The position numbers and the translations under genes are program-made. Shown one piece after another: positions 26,192 through 32,000 of a DNA stretch of 32,000 nt. The stretch's first letter is position 1, and every line of letters starts with the position of its first letter. Under the pieces are notes generated by a model. That model was given only the letters and a program-made list of their open reading frames with translations. It was not told the DNA's origin and ran no database searches. Source of the stretch: Candidatus Hermodarchaeota archaeon (GTDB lineage Archaea; Asgardarchaeota; Heimdallarchaeia; Hodarchaeales; Hodarchaeaceae); assembly GCA_048886185.1 (NCBI GenBank), contig JBHLKY010000002.1:232359-264358 (forward strand). The letters run 5' to 3'.

Positions 26192-27334
26192 ATGTTAAAA
26201 CTCAAAATGATCGAAATGGAGGATCGAAATTATGATTTGCAAAAGGTAAATTTTCATTCTCTAGTCCTTGAGGGTACTTCGTATGAAGTAGGCCAGCAAT
26301 TGGGTCGAATGATTAATAAGCTACCTGGGGGGAAAGAATTCGCCACCTCAAGTAAGATCGATTTGAAAAAAGTAGGTTTTACGAGCTTTGCTAAATTATG
26401 GGACTATAGTGAAGAATGTTGTCCTGGAATTACTCAAGAAATTCAAGGATTTGCAGATCATTTCGATATAACCCCTGATATGGTTCCATTCTGGAATTGG
26501 ACTTTTAATGATTCAATTGGAGGAGGATGCTCCCAACTTGCGGTTCTACCTTCTATTACACATGATAAACAGACATTTGTTGGAAGGAGCTATGAATGGA
26601 ATCACAAAGATGAAGATTTAAAACTGATAACAACTCGCGTCAAGAGAAAAGCAGCGCATATTGGATTTTCTTGTTTATTACATGGCCGTCACGATGGAAT
26701 GAATGAGAAAGGACTTGTAGTTTCAATGACGGGTGGGGGAATTTTTGGTGTTCCATTCAAACATAGGGGGCCAATGTTCTGGTTGGCGATCCGTACCTTA
26801 CTTGATACCTGTGCTTCGGTTGACAATGCTCTCAGTTGCGTTGAAAATCTACCCATGACTGGGTACTTCACCCTCCTCTTCGCAGATAAACACTCCGCAG
26901 CAATTGTGGAAGTGGCAGATGGGAAAATGAGTACTTATCAAATCGATAAGGAAGATACTGATCAATTCATCTACTCGGTGAATCACTTCCGTTTACCTGA
27001 TATGATACAGTTTAATACACTCAATTGTGGGATTATTAGCCATTCAAAGATTCGACAAAAACTTATTACTGAGTGGTACCATTCTAAGAGTTCTAACATA
27101 AGAAAAGAGGATATTCTAAATCTATTCGCAAGCCTACATCCCGAAGGTTTATGCAATCATTTCTACAATGATGGTTTTGGTACCCTTTGGTCAATGATTT
27201 TTGATCTCAAGCATACTTCAGTTGATGTTTGTTTTAGCGCTCCCACACATAATCAATACACTACCTTTGATTTAAAAGCTGCTCCTGGTATTACTGAATA
27301 TCCTACAATCGTCCCTATCACGAAATGGTATTGA
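26192..27334 (+). CDS. C45 family autoproteolytic Ntn hydrolase/acyltransferase
   Basis: GGG|CSQ autocleavage site with Cys nucleophile, VGRSYEW, DGMNEKGLVVS, VNHF and FGTLWSMIFD. Confidence 0.87.
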   Translation: MLKLKMIEMEDRNYDLQKVNFHSLVLEGTSYEVGQQLGRMINKLPGGKEFATSSKIDLKKVGFTSFAKLWDYSEECCPGITQEIQGFADHFDITPDMVPFWNWTFNDSIGGGCSQLAVLPSITHDKQTFVGRSYEWNHKDEDLKLITTRVKRKAAHIGFSCLLHGRHDGMNEKGLVVSMTGGGIFGVPFKHRGPMFWLAIRTLLDTCASVDNALSCVENLPMTGYFTLLFADKHSAAIVEVADGKMSTYQIDKEDTDQFIYSVNHFRLPDMIQFNTLNCGIISHSKIRQKLITEWYHSKSSNIRKEDILNLFASLHPEGLCNHFYNDGFGTLWSMIFDLKHTSVDVCFSAPTHNQYTTFDLKAAPGITEYPTIVPITKWY

Positions 27335-27466
27335 CCAAAATTATAGTATTTGTTATCTGAGAATCTTTAAGCTGTCTGAGAAGAAAAAAGATTGAAAAAT
27401 TCAATGGATACCATAAAAAAGTAGTCCTCAAGTTTCTCTTTGCAACTAATATACTGAGTGAAGTTT

Positions 27467-28168
27467 ATGAAAGTTATCGCAATTAATAGTAGTCCGCGAA
27501 AAAATAAGGGATTGACTGCAAATATCTTAAGACCTTTCCTTGAAGGTATTCGTGAGAGTAAAGCAGACTTAGAACTATTTTATACAAAAGATCTTACAAT
27601 CAATTACTGCCGCTCATGCTATCAATGCTGGACCACGACACCCGGAAAATGTGGCCAGAAGGATGATATGGAGGTACTACTTCCCAAGTTTCGGGATTCA
27701 GATATATGGATATTCGCATCTCCAATTTATTGTGATGGAGTAAATGGATCGATGAAAACATTAATAGATCGCTTGATTGCGTTGATGAAACCTTCTACTG
27801 AGTTACGCGCTGGGCGTTGTCGGCACCCATTAAGAGAAGATGTGAAACGTGGAAAATTAGTTTTTGTTTCTAGTGCTGCGTGGTGGAAAATAGAGAATTT
27901 TGACCCAATGATCACTTATTTCAAAGCGTTCTGTAATAACTTTAGTAGAGAGTTTACTGGCGCGTTACTAAGGCCGCATTCAGTCGCATTGGTACACTTC
28001 CGCAAAGAAAGGATCATTGAGGAGATAAACGCTGCAGCAAAAAAAGCAGGAAAACAACTTATTACAGAAGGAAAAATATCTCAAAAATACCTTTCAACAG
28101 TAAGTCAAGTATTAATGCCTCAAGAGATTTATATTGATGTCCTTAACAAAGGTTGGGAAACAAAATAG
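27467..28168 (+). CDS. Flavodoxin-like NAD(P)H-dependent FMN reductase / iron-sulfur flavoprotein family
   Basis: INSSPRKNKGLT, CRSCYQCW...CGQKDDM, FASPIY and MKTLIDR. Start set to ATG 27467. Confidence 0.88.
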   Translation: MKVIAINSSPRKNKGLTANILRPFLEGIRESKADLELFYTKDLTINYCRSCYQCWTTTPGKCGQKDDMEVLLPKFRDSDIWIFASPIYCDGVNGSMKTLIDRLIALMKPSTELRAGRCRHPLREDVKRGKLVFVSSAAWWKIENFDPMITYFKAFCNNFSREFTGALLRPHSVALVHFRKERIIEEINAAAKKAGKQLITEGKISQKYLSTVSQVLMPQEIYIDVLNKGWETK

Positions 28169-28528
28169 AATACTTATTCACCTAAGCCTATTACTTTGAA
28201 TAAAACTCTAGAACTTTGGATGGGGAGAAGACATGCACCATAAAAATACTAATTTTCCCCCCTATTTTTTTATAAAAAGTTAATACTTTATTTGTACCTT
28301 GTGAATGTCATTTAAGTTCAGTTATATAATCTTCAGTCAAAAATAGAATAGTAAAGTGTTGAGATCAACTAGAAATTTGATTTTCCTTAAAAGAAAGAGG
28401 GCTTATTGAGACAGAAAAAGTAAAATCAGTCATAAATAGCCGCAATCAATTAGAATAGGGTGCTGGTTCGACATATACACAATTGTGATTTATAAGGAAA
28501 ATCGAAAATCGGAAAAATTGTGAAAAAA

Positions 28529-29548
28529 ATGGAAAATAAAGAGAAAATGGAAGCAATTGTCTACACGGAATACGGACCCCCCGAGGTTTTAAAATTACAA
28601 GAGGTAGACAAGCCTATTCCGAAACATAATGAAATTTTAATACGCATTTATGCAACAACCGTTAATTACGGAGATCTCGTAGCAAGAAATTTCAGATATA
28701 TATCCTCTAACAAGTTCGCGATGCCTATGCTTTTCTGGCTTATTGCGAAATTAACGTTTGGAATCAGGAAACCACGTAATAAAATCTTAGGTAATGAATT
28801 TTCTGGAGTGATTGAATCCATAGGCAAATCTGTGACTCTATGGAAGAAGGGTGATGAAATTTTTGGATATTCATCCCAGGGCATGCGAGCTTATGCTGAG
28901 TATATTGTGTTACCTGAAGATGGAGTACTTTCACTGAAACCATCCAATATGAGTTTTGAGGAGGCCGCAGTTCTTCCCTATGGATCAATAATGGCGTTGA
29001 ATTTACTTAGAAAAGCGAATGTCCAGCCAGGGCAGAAAATTTTGATTAATGGTGCTTCTGGAGGGATAGGTTCAGCTACAGTCCAATTGGCTAAATCTCA
29101 GGGTGCAGAAGTGACTGGGGTATGTGGAACCCCGAGATTAGAATTTGTGAAATCACTTGGAGCTGACAAGGTCATTGATTATACGAAAGAGGATTTTACA
29201 AAAAGTGGTGAGACCTATGATATTGTTTTTGGCGGATTAGGTAAGACTCCATTTTCTAAGGTAAAATACTCTCTTAAGCAAAACGGCCGATATATTTTAA
29301 CCAGCTTCAAGATGAGACAGCTGGTCCAAATGTTTAAAACGAAACTGATAGGCAACAAGAAAGTAATTTGTGTTATGTTGCCTGAAAAGGGTGAAGATCT
29401 AAGGGAAGCACGAAATTTGATAGAGGCGGGAAAGATCAAAGCGATAATTGATAAATCCTTTCCCTTTGACCAAATGGCGGAAGCTCATCGATATATTGAA
29501 TCAGGCCAGAAAAAAGGTTATATTGTTGTAACTTTAGACCATAAATAG
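28529..29548 (+). CDS. Zn-independent MDR family NAD(P)-dependent oxidoreductase (quinone oxidoreductase-like)
   Basis: YGPPEVL, ILGNEFSGVIE, INGASGGIGS nucleotide-binding motif, LGADKVIDY, GQKKG C-terminus. No Zn-ligand Cys pattern. Confidence 0.92.
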   Translation: MENKEKMEAIVYTEYGPPEVLKLQEVDKPIPKHNEILIRIYATTVNYGDLVARNFRYISSNKFAMPMLFWLIAKLTFGIRKPRNKILGNEFSGVIESIGKSVTLWKKGDEIFGYSSQGMRAYAEYIVLPEDGVLSLKPSNMSFEEAAVLPYGSIMALNLLRKANVQPGQKILINGASGGIGSATVQLAKSQGAEVTGVCGTPRLEFVKSLGADKVIDYTKEDFTKSGETYDIVFGGLGKTPFSKVKYSLKQNGRYILTSFKMRQLVQMFKTKLIGNKKVICVMLPEKGEDLREARNLIEAGKIKAIIDKSFPFDQMAEAHRYIESGQKKGYIVVTLDHK

Positions 29549-29611
29549 ATATATTTAATAAAAATTGTGATTTTAAAGGATATGATGGAAAGAATGGAGA
29601 ATATATATGAA

Positions 29612-29767
29612 ATGAAAACGGTTATCTGCACAAAATACAGACCTCCGAATGTCCTTAAAATTGTAGAAGTAGAAAAACCATAATCAAGAGACGATGAAGT
29701 TTTAATTACAAATTATGGGTCGTCAATTAACACGGTAGAGCCAAGTACTTACACAGGTAGATTATAG
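29612..29767 (+). pseudogene. N-terminal remnant of an MDR oxidoreductase paralog
   Basis: MKTVICTKYRPPNVLKIVEVEKP*SRDDEVLI (TAA 29681-29683) aligns with MEAIVYTEYGPPEVLKLQEVDKPIPKHNEILI. Confidence 0.85.
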
Positions 29768-29785
29768 CTATTTTAGCAATAATGA

Positions 29786-30349
29786 ATGAAAATGGTGGAA
29801 ATAATGCAAGAGAAAGGTAAACTAAGAGAGATTGTAGAATCATTGAAGAATAGGATTTCTAAAACTGCAGAGGAAGAGCTGGATGATGAAATTGCATTTG
29901 ACGATCGTGTATCGTCTATAGTTATAATTGTGGTTGGGGTATTGATAGGATTATATTTTGTTACTCATCAGATAGGGGCAACAGGTTTTTTCACTGTAAC
30001 TTTTGGCATGTTGGAGATGTTCTTTCTTTATGGATTCTTTATATTTTGGATTACTACATCTACATTGATACTTTTAGGTCATAAAAACCCTTCTCGCGAC
30101 CTTGATTCTTTTGGTGGACTCTTTTTTGCCACTGTCAGCATTGCTTGGCTTTTTGTGGTTTTTCCTTTTGAATTTGCTTATTTTGCAGACATATTGCCAG
30201 CTTTTCTCGGAATTTTTGTAAAGTGGATTTCCAACGACATTGCTCGAGTGCTATTGGTGCTCCTTTTCTTTATCCATATTGTGGCTGCAGTTTATTCCCT
30301 GGTCTTACGTCTGTTTGTTCGCAAAGTAAGGGCGCAAGGAAAACGGTGA
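29786..30349 (+). CDS. Hypothetical integral membrane protein (about 4-5 TM)
   Basis: 187 aa, charged N-terminus followed by hydrophobic helices. No family recognised. Confidence 0.75.
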   Translation: MKMVEIMQEKGKLREIVESLKNRISKTAEEELDDEIAFDDRVSSIVIIVVGVLIGLYFVTHQIGATGFFTVTFGMLEMFFLYGFFIFWITTSTLILLGHKNPSRDLDSFGGLFFATVSIAWLFVVFPFEFAYFADILPAFLGIFVKWISNDIARVLLVLLFFIHIVAAVYSLVLRLFVRKVRAQGKR

Positions 30350-30399
30350 CAAAAATAGAAAATTTGAATAATGAGAAGATAAAAATTAAAGGAATTGCC

Positions 30400-30450
30400 G
30401 AAGAAGGACACAAAAAGGGACATGTTACCAATCAAGTCATTCACCAAAAG
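30400..30450 (+). pseudogene. Possible C-terminal remnant of the same MDR paralog
   Basis: EEGHKKGHV..QVIH resembles ESGQKKGYIVVTLDHK at the end of 28529..29548. The match is short. Confidence 0.45.
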
Positions 30451-30528
30451 GTAGATTTTACTAACAACAATATGTGTACCAGTTTTAATGATAAAACCTA
30501 GCATTTTGAATTCCTTGGTGTATTAGAA

Positions 30529-31293
30529 ATGAAAATAGGCAGAGGTAGGATGTTCATTAAATTATTGAGGTTATGGTTATGGTCCATTATAAGACGAGGG
30601 TGGTATTTACCAGAGATTCCCGAAATTACTGTTGATGAAGTATACGATCGGTTGAATTCTAATAATCTACCGTTATTACTTGATCTTCGTGATCTAGTAG
30701 AATTTTATGGGAATGGAAAATACAATTATGAAAAATTTGGACATATCCCGAATTCAAAATGGATACGCCTTATGGAACTCTCATCTCATCTTGAGGAGCT
30801 TCAAGAATTTAAAGACAAAGAAATTGTAACTATTTGTCAGGGTGGTGGAATGTCTTTAGTAGCGGTCGAAATTATGATTGATGCTGGCTTTGAAGATGTG
30901 AAAAGCCTAAAAGGGGGTATTAAACTTTGGTATAAAAAAGGGTATCCCCTAACTAAAATAAATGAGGGTAAATTTCCCCCTGATGAGATCAAACTTGGAT
31001 CTTTCGATAACAGATCTAAAATAATCGAAGAAAAGCTTCCTTTGTATGAAAAATATAATGGAGAAGTACATTATACTGTAGATGCACGTGGATTATATTG
31101 TCCTCAACCTGTTATGAAGTCTAAGAAAACATTGAAGACATTAAAAATTGGCCAGGTGTTAGAAATTCTAACTACTGATCCAGGGAGTAAAAAAGACATT
31201 CCATCTTGGGTCCATGTTACGGGTCAGGAACTCTTAGCCTCTGAGGAACACGGTTCTGAAGGTTATCGTTTTCTAGTAAAAAGAATGAAATAA
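30529..31293 (+). CDS. Rhodanese-TusA/SirA fusion sulfurtransferase
   Basis: Rhodanese: LLDLRD, GHIPNS, active loop ICQGGGMS, SLKGGIKLW. TusA: VDARGLYCPQP, LTTDPGSKKDIPSW. Confidence 0.9.
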   Translation: MKIGRGRMFIKLLRLWLWSIIRRGWYLPEIPEITVDEVYDRLNSNNLPLLLDLRDLVEFYGNGKYNYEKFGHIPNSKWIRLMELSSHLEELQEFKDKEIVTICQGGGMSLVAVEIMIDAGFEDVKSLKGGIKLWYKKGYPLTKINEGKFPPDEIKLGSFDNRSKIIEEKLPLYEKYNGEVHYTVDARGLYCPQPVMKSKKTLKTLKIGQVLEILTTDPGSKKDIPSWVHVTGQELLASEEHGSEGYRFLVKRMK

Positions 31294-31390
31294 AACTGCA
31301 TAATAGCTAGAACACTCTAAGGAGGATCTACCTACCTGTGCTTTTATAAAAGAATGTCAAGCTACTTTTTGAACGTAAAGTGGTGAAAAA

Positions 31391-32000
31391 ATGGAAAATA
31401 AGGAAAGAATGAGAGCAATAATCCAGACAAAAAACGGCCCACCCGATGTTCTTCAACTCCAAGAAGTAGAAAAACCAACTCCTGCAGATAATGAAGTATT
31501 AATCAAAATATATGCAGGAACAGTTACCATAGGGGACACAATACTTCGAGGACTCAGAATACCTGGATTTCTATGGTTTCTCCTACAAATTATTGGATTC
31601 CCACCAAGAAAAAAAATACCAGGGCATGAAGTCGCTGGAGAGATTGAGGCAGTAGGGAAAAATGTGAAATTATTTAGGAAAGGTGACCAAGTTTTTGGAA
31701 CTACTACTGGATTGACAAATGGTGGTAATGCTGAGTATGTGTGCTTACCTGAGGAATGGAAAGAAGGTGTGTTAGCAATAAAGCCGACTAATATTTCCTA
31801 TGCAGAAGCTGCTGTTATTCCCATTGGTGGCATGACAGCATTGCACATTTTACAAAAAGGGAATATTCAGAATGGCAACAAAGTTCTTATTTACGGTGCC
31901 TCTGGAAGTGTAGGTACATTTGCAGTCCAAATTGCTAAGTATTTTGGTGCAGAAGTGACTGGAGTATGCAGTACCACAAATTTAGACTTGGTAAGATCTT
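31391..32000 (+). CDS. Zn-independent MDR family NAD(P)-dependent oxidoreductase, third copy (3' truncated by window edge; absent from the ORF track)
   Basis: GGTGA RBS, then MENKERMRAIIQTKNGPPDVLQLQEVEKP...IPGHEVAGEIE...IYGASGSVGTFAVQIAK, open to the window end. Confidence 0.92.
   Translation, partial: MENKERMRAIIQTKNGPPDVLQLQEVEKPTPADNEVLIKIYAGTVTIGDTILRGLRIPGFLWFLLQIIGFPPRKKIPGHEVAGEIEAVGKNVKLFRKGDQVFGTTTGLTNGGNAEYVCLPEEWKEGVLAIKPTNISYAEAAVIPIGGMTALHILQKGNIQNGNKVLIYGASGSVGTFAVQIAKYFGAEVTGVCSTTNLDLVRS

Noticed and set aside
28455-28480. GGTTCGA T-loop-like sequence suggesting a tRNA
   Set aside because: No T-stem, acceptor stem or cloverleaf can be formed around it.
1-32000. CRISPR array, IS element, rRNA or prophage genes
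   Set aside because: No regularly spaced repeats, terminal inverted repeats, transposase or phage structural motifs were found by eye.

Overview
AT-rich, gene-dense prokaryotic window with no rRNA, tRNA, CRISPR array, transposase or integrase that I can recognise. The gene mix (Rab-like small GTPase with all five RabF-like motifs, Lrp and winged-helix regulators, GGTGA/GGAGG ribosome-binding sites, a CTERM-type surface protein) suggests an Asgard archaeon, plausibly Heimdallarchaeia/Hodarchaeales. That taxonomy is inference only. Layout: (1) 1-7.9 kb: peptide/small-molecule catabolic island (DppC/DppB permeases, M19 dipeptidase, MmgE/PrpD, M29-fold enzyme, NodB-type deacetylase, Lrp, PNPOx-like protein, decayed second dipeptidase). 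(2) 8-15.6 kb: small-molecule modification genes (MBL hydrolase, two ICMT-family methyltransferases, Cys-rich protein, ArsB/NhaD permease, type A chloramphenicol acetyltransferase, lipoprotein). (3) 15.6-23.2 kb: Rab-like GTPase ending in a terminal Cys, HAD hydrolase, P3A-type H+-ATPase with a wHTH regulator, TauE, divergent CaCA exchanger. (4) 23.3-32 kb: MBL hydrolase, LVIVD surface protein, C45 Ntn hydrolase, flavodoxin-like protein, and an array of MDR/quinone-reductase paralogs with intact and broken copies interleaved with unrelated genes. The most notable hypothesis is a Rab-like GTPase with a eukaryote-style Cys-terminated tail lying near two isoprenylcysteine-methyltransferase-family genes.
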